A stretch of DNA of 39,557 nucleotides from Minisyncoccota bacterium (GCA_040879605.1 JBBDKB010000007.1:1-39557), one strand, 5' to 3'. Counted from the stretch's first letter, positions 1 to 9,419 are shown. Numbers and translations: made by a program. Notes: a model not told the origin generated them from the letters alone.

Positions 1-81
1 CTCTAGGGTATCAAGAATAGTAAAGTTCTCTTTCCCAAGTGCTTCAAAGAAAGCCTTGCGCAGGAACGCGGTATCTCTCAT
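1..81 (-). CDS. 5' end of an unidentified gene running off the left edge (MRDTAFLRKAFFEALGKENFTILDTLE...)
   Basis: ATG at 79-81 (minus) opens a frame that stays open to position 1. Only 27 codons are visible, so no family can be assigned. Confidence 0.3.
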   Translation of the reverse strand, partial: MRDTAFLRKAFFEALGKENFTILDTLE

Positions 82-213
82 ATGCACTGCACTAACCCCA
101 TGGAGTACACATGATATTTCATTTCCACATGGCGGAGCCTTGTACACTGCTGTTTTCTTTTTCATATCTTTGTTTCCAAGTCGCTCCACGGCACGCTATA
201 GTGGAAGCACTGT

Positions 214-1266
214 ATGACTGCCATTGTACACAACCGAGATGCCACCGTCGACATTCTACGAGGATTTGCTATTGCAGTCATGATAGGTGTGCATGTCTAT
301 GAATACCTTTTTTACAATCCTTACGCCATCTCTTTATTTTCTTTTTACTATCCACACATCGCTTATTTGTTCCTCTTTATTACCGGAGCAATGGTGGCAC
401 TTTCAGCTTTCAAAAAAAATCGCACATTCTCACACTATTTGAAGCGAGGCGTCGCCATACTTCTAATGGCAGTTTTTCTTGATGTGGCGGTGTATCAGAT
501 ACAACCTTTCATCACTTTCGACATACTCTATGTCATTGGCTTCTCGATGCCTTTAGCCTTTCTTTTTCTTTATCTGCCTCGCTTCATTCAACTTTCACTT
601 GTGCTCTTCATTTTCCTCGCAACTCCCATCTTTTATGGGATGTTTGGGTATCCAACCGAGACCAGCCTGCTTCTCATTGAAAAGTCCGGTTTTCAGGACA
701 TCGGTTTGATCGGTGTTTTGAAAAACGCTTTCTTTACCGGCTGGTTTCCTCTTTTCCCATGGCTTGGGTTTGTGCTGCTTGGAGCTATTTTTGGAGATCT
801 ACGATGGAGATGTAAGCATTTCCTCTGCCAAAGTAATCGGGCTCTCCTTTTCCTTGGCATGCTTTTGATGGCGGTTGGTAGCGTGCCGCTTTATTTTGCA
901 TTTCTTAAGGGTAGCGGCTTCACTCTCTTTCCAGGGATTCTTGGCTACGTGGGATTTGTTGTATTTGCCACGGGATTTAGTGCAACTCTTTTCTCGATTG
1001 TTCAGCATACATGGCGTACCTTCGTTGGATATCAGCCATTTGCATGGTTAGGTAAAGTTGCCTTACTTACCTATATCGGCCACCTCGCACTCCTTGAGGT
1101 TATCTCTTTCTACGTATGGAGAGAACTCGGCGCTTTGCAGACCGTAGTGGGCTACACGCTACTTGTTGCTACTTTTGTGCTTCTTGCGTATGCGGTGTAT
1201 CGTATGAAAATACAAATTGACTGGAAGCGCAAACACTGGGCACTTCATTTTTTGTTCGGTGATTGA
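214..1266 (+). CDS. Polytopic membrane protein, acyltransferase-3 / DUF1624 (heparan-alpha-glucosaminide N-acetyltransferase-like) family
   Basis: 350-aa ORF with about 10 hydrophobic segments. The N-terminal 'VDILRGFAIAVMIGVH' motif is typical of DUF1624/acyltransferase_3 proteins. Confidence 0.6.
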   Translation: MTAIVHNRDATVDILRGFAIAVMIGVHVYEYLFYNPYAISLFSFYYPHIAYLFLFITGAMVALSAFKKNRTFSHYLKRGVAILLMAVFLDVAVYQIQPFITFDILYVIGFSMPLAFLFLYLPRFIQLSLVLFIFLATPIFYGMFGYPTETSLLLIEKSGFQDIGLIGVLKNAFFTGWFPLFPWLGFVLLGAIFGDLRWRCKHFLCQSNRALLFLGMLLMAVGSVPLYFAFLKGSGFTLFPGILGYVGFVVFATGFSATLFSIVQHTWRTFVGYQPFAWLGKVALLTYIGHLALLEVISFYVWRELGALQTVVGYTLLVATFVLLAYAVYRMKIQIDWKRKHWALHFLFGD

Positions 1267-1276
1267 GATATTCACA

Positions 1277-2875
1277 ATGAGATACATACCGACTCCAGAG
1301 GCAGTAACACGACGATTCAGGGATAAGCAAACAGTGCTTATCTTCCTCGCTATGCTCTCAACCGGAGTTGCAAGTCTGGTATACGAAATCGTACTCATTT
1401 CCTTTGTCGCAACAACAGTCGGCGCGACAGAATTTTCCTCTTCAATAGTTATCGGGAGCTTTCTCTTGGGGCTTGCACTCGGCTCCTTCATTGGGGGAAA
1501 AATAACAAAACTGGATATCTCTTATATACGTGTGCTTGCCAGCATAGAAGTACTCATTGCTCTTTATGGATTCAGCTTTTTTGCTGTTGTCGCGCTCTTT
1601 GGATTTTCTTATCCGCTCTCATTTGGATTTTACGCTTTTCTTCTTGTCTCTCTTCTCCTGCCGACAACCCTCATGGGGATGGAAATTCCTCTTGCCGTGC
1701 GCATTATCAACAAAAAGACCGCGGAGGCAGGATCGGATACCGGCTTTGTATATACCGCCGATACGCTCGGTGGTGTCATCGGAGCACTCTCGACCGGCGT
1801 ATTCCTCATTCCGCTCATCGGACTTCACGGAGCTATGTATCTTGGAGGCTTTCTCAATACAATCACGGCGATCCTGGTTGTATCAATGGGGCGCTTCTTT
1901 TCTCGTTTTTGGTATTTAATGCTTTTCATAGTAGCTGTTGTGGGAATCCTTTTTATCTTTTCATCCGCTTCTGACTTAAGGAGTTCCAATGCAAAGTTCT
2001 TTGGGTTTCTCTTTCCCCACGATACGCTCGTCGAGTCTGTACATTCGCCATACCAACACATTGTAATCACTAAAAACACAATTTTCGGAAATACATTGAG
2101 ATTAAACAACAACATTCAGACAACTGAAGGAGACTCGCTTTCCTATCATGAATATCTTGTACTGCCGGCAGTAGCGGCCCACCCGAATCCAAAAACAGCG
2201 CTTGTGATTGGCGGTGGTGATGGGGGAGCACTGTATCAGCTTTTGAGCGCCGGGATTGAGAAGATTACGCATGTTGATCTTGACGAGAAGGTTATTGAGC
2301 TTTCAAAGAAGCATCTCTCTGCTGTGCACAGAGGCTCGCTTGACGACCCGCGAGTCACTCGCTTTATTGATGATGGACGTGTGTTTCTTGAAGAGAGGAC
2401 AGAAGAGAAGTTTGACATCATCATTGTCGATCTCCCCAACCCAAACCAAGCGGCACTGGCCCCACTCTACTCACAAGAGTTCTACAGAATTGCATATCGG
2501 CACTTAAATCCGAAGGGTGTGCTCGTCACACAAGCAGGGAGTCCTTACTATTATTTGGAAGGGCACGCCACTATTCTAAAAACCATTTCTTCAGTGTTTC
2601 GCCAAACGTTTTCCTACTCAGTGCCAATTCCTTCGATGAGCTCTGAAGGGTATGTAATTGCCGGTAAGGGGCTTGATCCGCGGAGAATTGAAAATGTGAA
2701 TCCTCCGGAAGGGAAGTGGTATGATGCCCAAGTACACCAGGTGCTTTTTGTAAACCCTGTTTTCCTACGCAACTTCTTTGACTCAGAAGAGAGTTCGCTC
2801 TCGACTGACAACGACCCGATTATATATCCGTTTTTTCAGCCGCAATTCTTTGGCCAGGGCGTCCTCGACAGATGA
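1277..2875 (+). CDS. Spermidine synthase-like aminopropyltransferase fused to an N-terminal multi-TM domain
   Basis: C-terminal half has 'ALVIGGGDGGALYQLL' (SAM/dcSAM-binding Gly loop) and 'DIIIVDLPNP', as in SpeE-family enzymes. The N-terminal ~220 aa are hydrophobic helices. Start moved to ATG 1277 (MRYIPTPE), just after the upstream stop. Confidence 0.75.
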   Translation: MRYIPTPEAVTRRFRDKQTVLIFLAMLSTGVASLVYEIVLISFVATTVGATEFSSSIVIGSFLLGLALGSFIGGKITKLDISYIRVLASIEVLIALYGFSFFAVVALFGFSYPLSFGFYAFLLVSLLLPTTLMGMEIPLAVRIINKKTAEAGSDTGFVYTADTLGGVIGALSTGVFLIPLIGLHGAMYLGGFLNTITAILVVSMGRFFSRFWYLMLFIVAVVGILFIFSSASDLRSSNAKFFGFLFPHDTLVESVHSPYQHIVITKNTIFGNTLRLNNNIQTTEGDSLSYHEYLVLPAVAAHPNPKTALVIGGGDGGALYQLLSAGIEKITHVDLDEKVIELSKKHLSAVHRGSLDDPRVTRFIDDGRVFLEERTEEKFDIIIVDLPNPNQAALAPLYSQEFYRIAYRHLNPKGVLVTQAGSPYYYLEGHATILKTISSVFRQTFSYSVPIPSMSSEGYVIAGKGLDPRRIENVNPPEGKWYDAQVHQVLFVNPVFLRNFFDSEESSLSTDNDPIIYPFFQPQFFGQGVLDR

Positions 2876-2962
2876 AAAACAAGCCTTTCTACACAACAGC
2901 GAATTTGGTATTGCTCTTAATATCACTTGGGAAGGTTTTCAAATTCAGAGTATAATTGCCGC

Positions 2963-3814
2963 ATGAAAAAGAAGTCTGCTCTAAAACAGTCGCCACTTCT
3001 TCCGATTGCAATGCTAGCGATCGCGGTAGCTCTTTTAGTGTATCAGTACAGAGCTCCTACAACTCTCTTTTTGTGGCAGGAGTACAGGGTACTTCCAGAA
3101 TTAGCGTTAAGCACAGGCCAGAGTGCATCTTTGGCGTTTGAGATGGGGAACTATTACTTTAATTGGGGTGGGGGGAGTCCGCATGCATACGACTTGGATA
3201 GGGCACAAAAATTTTATCAGTATGCTTATAAAAGCGACCCGGGACTCTCCGCTTTGGGTTTACAGCTTGGGCGAACCCACTTTCTGGAGGCAGAATTTGC
3301 TGAGGCAGTAGTCTTGTTTTCTAGCTACATAAATGAGAAGGAGGGGACTGATGATCCATACATAGAAAATGCATATTACTTGCGGGGCTTGACATATGCC
3401 TATGCAAATATGTTTCCGCGAGCAGAGGAGGACTTCAAAAAGCTTTTAGACTGGGAGGATCCAGGTGGAAAATGGGCAACATACATCGATCTCTCCTGGG
3501 TGTATCTTCGTTGGGGAAAATTTGAAGAGGCGGAAGAGTTATTGAGTGAAGCGGCTATTCTTTATCCTGATGATCCGTGGACCCTTTCTTCATATGGAAT
3601 TGCACTTCTCAATCTAGATCGCTATGAAGAGGCACAACAAGTACTTTTACGAGCTTCAGAAAAGATGAAATATCTTACTGCAGATGATTGGGCTAGAGCA
3701 TACCCAGGGAATCATCCGGATATGGCAGATCCAGGGCTTCAAAAGATGCGTGAGATTATCAACTACAATCTCGGACTCGCAAATGCAGCTGTTGATAATA
3801 AGCTTAATAGATAA
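2963..3814 (+). CDS. Membrane-anchored TPR-repeat protein
   Basis: ATG 2963 (MKKKSALKQ...) followed by one TM helix. Repeated A/Y/L-patterned ~34-aa units follow (e.g. 'AYYLRGLTYAYANMFPRAEEDFKKLL', 'GKFEEAEELLSEAAILYPDD', 'DRYEEAQQVLLRA'). Confidence 0.6.
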   Translation: MKKKSALKQSPLLPIAMLAIAVALLVYQYRAPTTLFLWQEYRVLPELALSTGQSASLAFEMGNYYFNWGGGSPHAYDLDRAQKFYQYAYKSDPGLSALGLQLGRTHFLEAEFAEAVVLFSSYINEKEGTDDPYIENAYYLRGLTYAYANMFPRAEEDFKKLLDWEDPGGKWATYIDLSWVYLRWGKFEEAEELLSEAAILYPDDPWTLSSYGIALLNLDRYEEAQQVLLRASEKMKYLTADDWARAYPGNHPDMADPGLQKMREIINYNLGLANAAVDNKLNR

Positions 3815-3864
3815 TGACTTGCATGGTACTCTGAAAATGCTAAAGGAAGGGAGAATCTAGTTTT

Positions 3865-4437
3865 ATGAGAAGAGACGAAAAGAAATTATTTGCAATTCTA
3901 GGAACCATAGTCCTTTTGATTGTGGGAGGTATTGTTTTCTTTTCAACCAATGCTACACCATTCTACTCCTCTGAGTGGAACTTTGGAGAGCCGGTGGGGA
4001 ATGAAGGATTTGGTGTTGTTTTTTCAGCATCAAAAGGATCCCCTCACCCTACTACACCTACAGATAGTAACGATACCACTGACCCGGGTGACACAGGGAA
4101 TCCAGAAGATGGGGGCGATACAGGTGAGCCGGAAGTTGGAGGGGACACAGGTGATCCGGAAGGCGGAGGTGACTCAGGAGACCCTACACTCTCTCTTGAT
4201 GCCATCCCCACCCTCCTCAAGAGAGGAGACTCAACTATCCTTGAGTGGTCCTCCCAAAGCGCAACTTCTTGCACCCTCACGGGAGACAACGGAGACTCAT
4301 GGAGTGGCACGAGTGGAAGCGAAACCTCCTCACCCATTGAAGCACGCACCGTCTTCACCCTTCGTTGTGAAGGAGACAGTGGTCCAGTGAGCACCAGTGT
4401 GATTGTGAACGTTGTACCACAGTTTGAGGAGTTTTGA
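3865..4437 (+). CDS. Signal-anchored secreted protein with an acidic GD(T/S)G(D/E)PE repeat linker and a C-terminal beta-rich (Ig-like) domain
   Basis: N-terminal TM 'LFAILGTIVLLIVGGIVFF'. Degenerate tandem repeat GDTGNPEDGGDTGEPEVGGDTGDPEGGGDSGDP (DNA ~4080-4190). C-terminal ~85 aa are Ser/Thr-rich beta-type sequence with a Cys pair. Confidence 0.55.
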   Translation: MRRDEKKLFAILGTIVLLIVGGIVFFSTNATPFYSSEWNFGEPVGNEGFGVVFSASKGSPHPTTPTDSNDTTDPGDTGNPEDGGDTGEPEVGGDTGDPEGGGDSGDPTLSLDAIPTLLKRGDSTILEWSSQSATSCTLTGDNGDSWSGTSGSETSSPIEARTVFTLRCEGDSGPVSTSVIVNVVPQFEEF

Positions 4438-4569
4438 TGAAGAAGAAACCCCTCGAGTTCCTCGGGGCAGGGAAGCAAGAAGTAACCCCAGTTGCATCTG
4501 CTCACGCAGGTTCACAGGGGCAAGGAAGAAAGAAGTAGGGGGGGGTAGGAAGGAAGAAGCGAAACTGAA

Positions 4570-4607
4570 AAAACCTTGCGGAGGTTAAACCTTCGCAAGG
4601 ATTTTTG
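4570..4607 (+). terminator. Intrinsic terminator downstream of the 3865-4437 gene
   Basis: Stem CCTTGCGgAGG / CCTtCGCAAGG (4574-4600), preceded by an A-run and followed by ATTTTTG. Confidence 0.6.
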
Positions 4608-4631
4608 TTGGCAAGGAGTGGGGGATAAGGA

Positions 4632-4667
4632 ACAGAAAACCTTACGATATATCGTAAGGTTTTCTGT
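4632..4667. repeat. 36-nt perfect palindrome ACAGAAAACCTTACGATA|TATCGTAAGGTTTTCTGT
   Basis: Read directly. It shares AAACCTTACG...CGTAAGGTTT arms with the hairpin at 11665-11702, and the core TACGATATATCGTA with the palindrome at 36545-36572. Confidence 0.7.
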
Positions 4668-4820
4668 TAGGCGTGGTGATTCAGATTCGGTTGCGCGGTT
4701 CACTTGCGCGCGAAAAATAGCACACTTAACACTAATCTGCTCAGATGGCTATTTGGAATTAGACTGATAGCAAACTTCAATCTCGCTCTACGAGGTTTTT
4801 TTTGCTATTATTTCTCCTAT

Positions 4821-5804
4821 ATGGAAGAGAGTGAAAAGCGGAAAGTGCTTATCTCAGGGATAAAACCAACAGGAGATCTCCACATTGGAAATTATCTCGG
4901 TGCGATGCAGCAATTCCTTGAATTTCAAGAGAAATTTGAGAGCGTTATTTTCATTGCTGATTATCACGCGCTTGCGACCGCGTATGACCCGGCAAGGCTC
5001 AAGGAAAATATTTACCGCGTTGCCGCGGGGTATCTTGCAATCGGGCTCAATCCTTCAAAAGTGACTCTCTTTAAGCAATCCGATGTAAGAGAACACACCG
5101 AACTTGCGTGGGTGTTTAACTCAATCACCACGATGCCGTATTTGATGCGGGCGCACGCATTTAAAGACGCAGAAGCAAGGAATAAAGAAATAAGCGTTGG
5201 GACATTTGACTATCCGATGCTTATGGCGGCAGATATTCTCATGTATGATGCGGATGTTGTGCCAGTAGGGCAGGATCAGAAGCAACACATAGAATTCGCG
5301 CGCGACACCGCAGAGAAGTTTAATCGGATGTACGGAGAGACATTTAAGTTGCCCGAGGCCTACATAAAAGATGACGTGGCAACTGTTCCCGGTATTGATG
5401 GACAAAAAATGTCAAAAAGCTACCGCAACACCATTCCACTGTTTGCCTCTGACGAAGAAATTAAGAAGCAAGTTTTTGCGATTGTGACAGACTCAAAAGG
5501 AGAGAGCGAGCAAAAGGATCCGGAAAGCGACAACATATTTGCGCTTCACAAATTTTTTAGTAAGAAAGAGCTTTCTGACTTGGAGAAGCGCTACAAAGAG
5601 GGGGGGATTGGGTATAAAGAATCAAAAGAGATTCTCTATGAAAATATACGCGCTTTCGTTACACCTATACGAAAGCAATACGATACGCTCCTTGGTGATC
5701 GCTCTTTCATTGAGAGTGTGCTTGAAGAAGGAGCCGCGAAAGTAAGACCTAAGGCCGAAGCAAAGATGCAAGAAGTCCGCCGTAAGATCGGGGTAACACT
5801 ATAA
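4821..5804 (+). CDS. trpS: Tryptophanyl-tRNA synthetase
   Basis: Class I motifs 'GDLHIGNYLG' (HIGH) and 'KMSKS', ~327 aa, overall TrpRS-like sequence. Start set at ATG 4821 (MEESEKRKVLISGIKPTG) rather than the upstream TTG. Confidence 0.93.
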   Translation: MEESEKRKVLISGIKPTGDLHIGNYLGAMQQFLEFQEKFESVIFIADYHALATAYDPARLKENIYRVAAGYLAIGLNPSKVTLFKQSDVREHTELAWVFNSITTMPYLMRAHAFKDAEARNKEISVGTFDYPMLMAADILMYDADVVPVGQDQKQHIEFARDTAEKFNRMYGETFKLPEAYIKDDVATVPGIDGQKMSKSYRNTIPLFASDEEIKKQVFAIVTDSKGESEQKDPESDNIFALHKFFSKKELSDLEKRYKEGGIGYKESKEILYENIRAFVTPIRKQYDTLLGDRSFIESVLEEGAAKVRPKAEAKMQEVRRKIGVTL

Positions 5805-5815
5805 ACAACTCATAT

Positions 5816-7153
5816 ATGGAACGAATTCTCACGAAAGAACTTCACAGCCACCTAAACCAAAGCGCCACTCTTAAAGGGTGGGTGGACGTGCGTCGGGATC
5901 ATGGGAAGCTTATGTTTGTTGACTTGCGAGACCGAAGCGGCACTGTACAGCTTGTAATCCTTCCTGCCCATGAAGAGGCTTACAAAGCGGCGCAAGACAT
6001 TCGAGCCGAATGGGTGATTGAAATAGAAGGGGAGGTGCACGCTCGTCCAGAGCATATGAAAAACGAAAAGGAAGACAACGGGGATGTTGAGATTGAAGTG
6101 ACTGCGCTTTCCGTAGTAAGTGCCGCCGAGACACTCCCATTTGAGAGAAATACTGAAGTGAACTTGGACACGCTTCTTGATTATCGCCCTCTCACACTTA
6201 GAAACGACCGAGAGAGGAGGATTTTTAAAGTCCAAAGCGAGATAGTAAATGCGTATCGAGACGCGCTCAGAAAGCGCGACTTCATTGAATTTCAGGCTCC
6301 CAAAATTGTAGGAGGTGACGCCGAAGGAGGCGCACATGTCTTTAAGATTGAATATCTGAATGATAAAACCGCATATCTTGCAACAAGCCCCCAGCTTTAC
6401 AAACAAGTAATGGTTGGTGTGTATGAGCGCGTGTATTCCATAGGAGATGTATTTCGTGCCGAAAAACACTCCACAACGAGACACTTGAATGAGTATACTT
6501 CTCTTGATGCAGAAATGGGATTCATCTGTGATCATACTGATATTATGGATCTTCTCTCCGATGTCTTACGAGATATTATTTCGGAGCTCAAGAAATCGAC
6601 GAAAGAAGTGTTCGACGACTTTGGAGTATCTCTTCCCAAGTGTCCAGAAAAATTTCCGCACATGAAGTTGAAAGAAGCCCAGGAGCTTATTTATAAAGAG
6701 ACGAAAGAAGATTGTCGAGACGAAAAAGATTTAGCTCCTGAGCATGAACGTTGGCTTTCAGAGTACGCAAAAAAGGAGTACGACTCTGATTTTATTTTCA
6801 TCACACATTTCCCAAGAGAGAAAACGGCGTTCTATGCGTACGATGATCCTGAGGATGAAGGATATACAAAGTACTTTGACCTTCTTTTCCGAGGGGTTGA
6901 ACTCTGCTCCGGAGGACAGCGTATGCACGAGTATCAAAAACTCAAGGAAAAAATGGTGTGGAAAGGGCTTGACCCAGAGAAATTTGAGTTTTACTTGCAG
7001 GCGTTTAAATACGGCATGCCACCTCATGGTGGGTGGGGGATGGGTCTTGAGCGCTTGACTCAAAAGTTTTTGAATCTTGAGAATGTAAAAGAAGCAACAC
7101 TTTTCCCTCGAGAAATAAATCGTATTGACGCGAGACTCAGCGAAAGTGAATAG
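5816..7153 (+). CDS. aspS: Aspartyl-tRNA synthetase, short archaeal/eukaryal-type (class IIb)
   Basis: 445 aa with an OB-fold N-terminus. Motif 2 region 'FRAEKHSTTRHLNEYTSLDAEM' and motif 3 'PPHGGWGMGLERL'. The length and motifs fit type-2 AspRS rather than the ~590-aa bacterial type. Confidence 0.9.
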   Translation: MERILTKELHSHLNQSATLKGWVDVRRDHGKLMFVDLRDRSGTVQLVILPAHEEAYKAAQDIRAEWVIEIEGEVHARPEHMKNEKEDNGDVEIEVTALSVVSAAETLPFERNTEVNLDTLLDYRPLTLRNDRERRIFKVQSEIVNAYRDALRKRDFIEFQAPKIVGGDAEGGAHVFKIEYLNDKTAYLATSPQLYKQVMVGVYERVYSIGDVFRAEKHSTTRHLNEYTSLDAEMGFICDHTDIMDLLSDVLRDIISELKKSTKEVFDDFGVSLPKCPEKFPHMKLKEAQELIYKETKEDCRDEKDLAPEHERWLSEYAKKEYDSDFIFITHFPREKTAFYAYDDPEDEGYTKYFDLLFRGVELCSGGQRMHEYQKLKEKMVWKGLDPEKFEFYLQAFKYGMPPHGGWGMGLERLTQKFLNLENVKEATLFPREINRIDARLSESE

Positions 7154-7169
7154 AGAGTAGTGAAAGATA

Positions 7170-7904
7170 ATGGAAAGCCAGACATACCATGTAAAAACAG
7201 AAGTCTTTGAAGGGCCGCTCGATCTTCTTTTAAATCTCATAGAAAGGCGCAAGCTCCATGTGAGTGACATCTCTCTGTCCCAAGTAGCCGATGACTTTAT
7301 TCGCTACATCGAGTCTCACAGCGATTTTCCTCTCTCTAAAGCCGCTCACTTCATTCTCGTCGCCTCAACTCTCGTACTTCTTAAGTCAAAATCTCTTCTC
7401 CCCACACTCGAGCTTTCACTTTCCGAAGAGGAGAGTATCGAGGAGCTTGAAGCGAGGCTCGCACTTTTTAAGCAGTTTCGTAACATGGGAGAAGTACTCA
7501 GGGTGGAGTTTGGCAAGAATCGCCTCTACTTTAGGGAGCAAAAGCTTGATGAGGCGCCTGTCTTCTCTCCTTCAGATAATCTTTCTCTTTCTGGACTCTC
7601 CTCGTCTCTTGACTCGCTCATTACCTCGCTTCCCAAAGAGGAGAAGTTACCTGAGAAAGTTGTGCAGAAGGTAGTGAGTCTTGAAGCTATGGTAGAGAGG
7701 CTCACAAGTCGTATCAATAATGAACTCTCTGCAAGCTTTAAGGATTTTTCCGGCCTCGGAAAGGAGGAAAAAATAAATGTAGTGGTGAGTTTTCTTGCAG
7801 TGCTTGAGCTCGTAAAGCAAGGTATACTGGCAGTAGAGCAACAAGCTCAATTTGGAGATATTCATATGGAGCAAAAGGAGGTAAATACACCAGCTTATGA
7901 ATAA
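7170..7904 (+). CDS. scpA: Segregation and condensation protein A
   Basis: N-terminus 'FEGPLDLLLNLIERRKLHVSDISLSQVADDF' is the ScpA signature. It is followed by scpB with an 8-nt overlap. Confidence 0.9.
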   Translation: MESQTYHVKTEVFEGPLDLLLNLIERRKLHVSDISLSQVADDFIRYIESHSDFPLSKAAHFILVASTLVLLKSKSLLPTLELSLSEEESIEELEARLALFKQFRNMGEVLRVEFGKNRLYFREQKLDEAPVFSPSDNLSLSGLSSSLDSLITSLPKEEKLPEKVVQKVVSLEAMVERLTSRINNELSASFKDFSGLGKEEKINVVVSFLAVLELVKQGILAVEQQAQFGDIHMEQKEVNTPAYE

Positions 7905-8454
7905 CAATGTAAAGCTTGAAGCGCTCCTGTTTTGGAAAGGAGAACCTGTTGCGAAGAAAGAGCTTCTAAGGCTACTTTCATTTTCCAAGGAAGAGCTTGG
8001 AGAGGCTCTCGTAGTTCTTCGCGAGACCTTGAGTAAGAGGGGTACAACGCTTCTTGAGAAAGGAGATGAGGTTTCTCTTGTGACCGCACCTGAATGCAGT
8101 ACTCTTATTGAAGAGCTTAGAAAAGAAGAGCTTTCCAAAGATCTAGGAAGAGCAGGGGGCGAAACACTTGCTATAATCCTCTACAAAGGCCCGGTCACGA
8201 GAGCCGAGCTTGATTACATACGAGGGGTGAATTCCGCTTTTATTTTGCGAAACTTACTGATACGAGGGCTGATTGAGCGTATCTCAAACCCAAATGATCA
8301 GCGCTCATATCTCTACCGCCCAACATCAGAGCTTTACGCCCACCTAGGCATTACAAAAAAAGAAGAGCTTCCAGAGTTCAAGCGATTTATCTCAGAGCTT
8401 GAATCATTTACCAAACATCAAGAAGAGAAAGACCAAGAATATGCATCTTCCTGA
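7897..8454 (+). CDS. scpB: Segregation and condensation protein B
   Basis: 'LEALLFWKGEPV' and 'ETLAIILYKGPVTRAELDYIRGVNS' winged-helix repeats are typical of ScpB. Confidence 0.9.
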   Translation: MNNNVKLEALLFWKGEPVAKKELLRLLSFSKEELGEALVVLRETLSKRGTTLLEKGDEVSLVTAPECSTLIEELRKEELSKDLGRAGGETLAIILYKGPVTRAELDYIRGVNSAFILRNLLIRGLIERISNPNDQRSYLYRPTSELYAHLGITKKEELPEFKRFISELESFTKHQEEKDQEYASS

Positions 8455-9376
8455 TTTTGACATAGAAGAAATACCAACCGTAGCGGCTTTCGCATTGATG
8501 CTCGCTCTTTCAGCTGGCCTTGTTTTTTTGATTCCTTCTCCAACATCTCCTGTTGCCGAAGTTCCCCTTGAGGCAGAAGGGAAGTCGCTACACGTGGAGG
8601 GGCTTAAAGCCGAAGCGGTCTACGTACTTGATGTGGCAACCGGAGAGGTGCTTTTTGAAAAGAATGCCAACCTCCAGCTTCCGCTTGCTTCAATCACAAA
8701 GCTCATGACAGCTCTTGTTGCGAGCAAGTACTTTAAAGACAGCGATCGTGTCGTCATTTCAAGCGAGGCCTTAGCCACAGAGGGAGATAGCGGTTTTAGA
8801 GAGGGAGAGTCGTGGAGTTTCTCTGATCTTCTTGATTTCACTCTCATCACTTCTTCAAATGACGGAGCGACTGCAATCGCAGGAGCCGCTTTTGCTGGGC
8901 AATTCAGGAACTTTTCCTTACAGCAGGACTCCTTTGTGCAAAGCATGAACCGCACTGCAGAAGACTTGGGCCTTTCTCAAACTTACTTCCTAAACCCCAC
9001 CGGACTAGATGAAAGTGAAGCCCAAAGTGGAGCATATGGTTCAGCAAAGGACATAGGACTGCTTACAGCTCATATCCTTCGTACTCAGCCTGAAATTATT
9101 GAGGAGACTCGGAGAGAGAGAGCCTTTCTCTCGTCTCAAAATGAGCTCTACGAAGGGGAAAACACAAATGCGAGTGTGGGTGCTATTCCAGGACTTATAG
9201 GCTCAAAAACAGGATTCACTGACCTTGCTGGGGGGAATCTTGTAGTTGCCTTCGACGTAGGTCTCAATCATCCTATTGTCGCTGTTATACTCCACTCAGG
9301 TAAAGAGGAGAGATTTACTGATGCAGAGATACTTTCTTTTGCTGTCTTCTCATATTTTCAGGAAAACAAAAAATAA
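8441..9376 (+). CDS. D-alanyl-D-alanine carboxypeptidase (peptidase S11, PBP5/6-like), membrane-anchored
   Basis: Active-site 'ASITKLMTA' (SxxK), 'SSND' (SxN-like) and 'KTGFT' (KTG) motifs, with an N-terminal TM. Start set at ATG 8441, overlapping the scpB stop by 14 nt. Confidence 0.8.
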   Translation: MHLPDFDIEEIPTVAAFALMLALSAGLVFLIPSPTSPVAEVPLEAEGKSLHVEGLKAEAVYVLDVATGEVLFEKNANLQLPLASITKLMTALVASKYFKDSDRVVISSEALATEGDSGFREGESWSFSDLLDFTLITSSNDGATAIAGAAFAGQFRNFSLQQDSFVQSMNRTAEDLGLSQTYFLNPTGLDESEAQSGAYGSAKDIGLLTAHILRTQPEIIEETRRERAFLSSQNELYEGENTNASVGAIPGLIGSKTGFTDLAGGNLVVAFDVGLNHPIVAVILHSGKEERFTDAEILSFAVFSYFQENKK

Positions 9377-9405
9377 GAGTATTTGGGGAGATGCCGTCCT
9401 TCTTG

Positions 9406-9411
9406 TATACT
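9406..9411 (+). promoter_or_regulatory. -10-like TATACT 8 nt upstream of the mraY ATG (overlapping the AGGAGG)
   Basis: TTGGGG-N17-TATACT-AGGAGGCA-ATG read directly. The same TATACT hexamer abuts several other starts in this window. Confidence 0.35.
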
Positions 9412-9419
9412 AGGAGGCA

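Noticed and set aside
4464-4545. Purine-rich direct repeats as a mini CRISPR array or G-quadruplex element.
   Set aside because: There are only two imperfect 21-nt copies, with no repeat-spacer periodicity and no cas genes. G4 formation is conceivable but is not supported by four regularly spaced G-tracts.
4438-4820. T-box riboswitch upstream of trpS.
   Set aside because: The conserved T-box sequence (AANNNGGGTGGNACCGCG-like) and a specifier/terminator arrangement could not be found. Only generic hairpins are present.
5852-7270. Long antisense ORFs (227 aa at 5852-6535 and 170 aa at 6758-7270, minus strand) inside aspS.
   Set aside because: They lie entirely antisense to a strongly conserved synthetase gene and have junk-like composition, which is typical of shadow ORFs. 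The same reasoning applies to the other listed ORFs nested in conserved genes.
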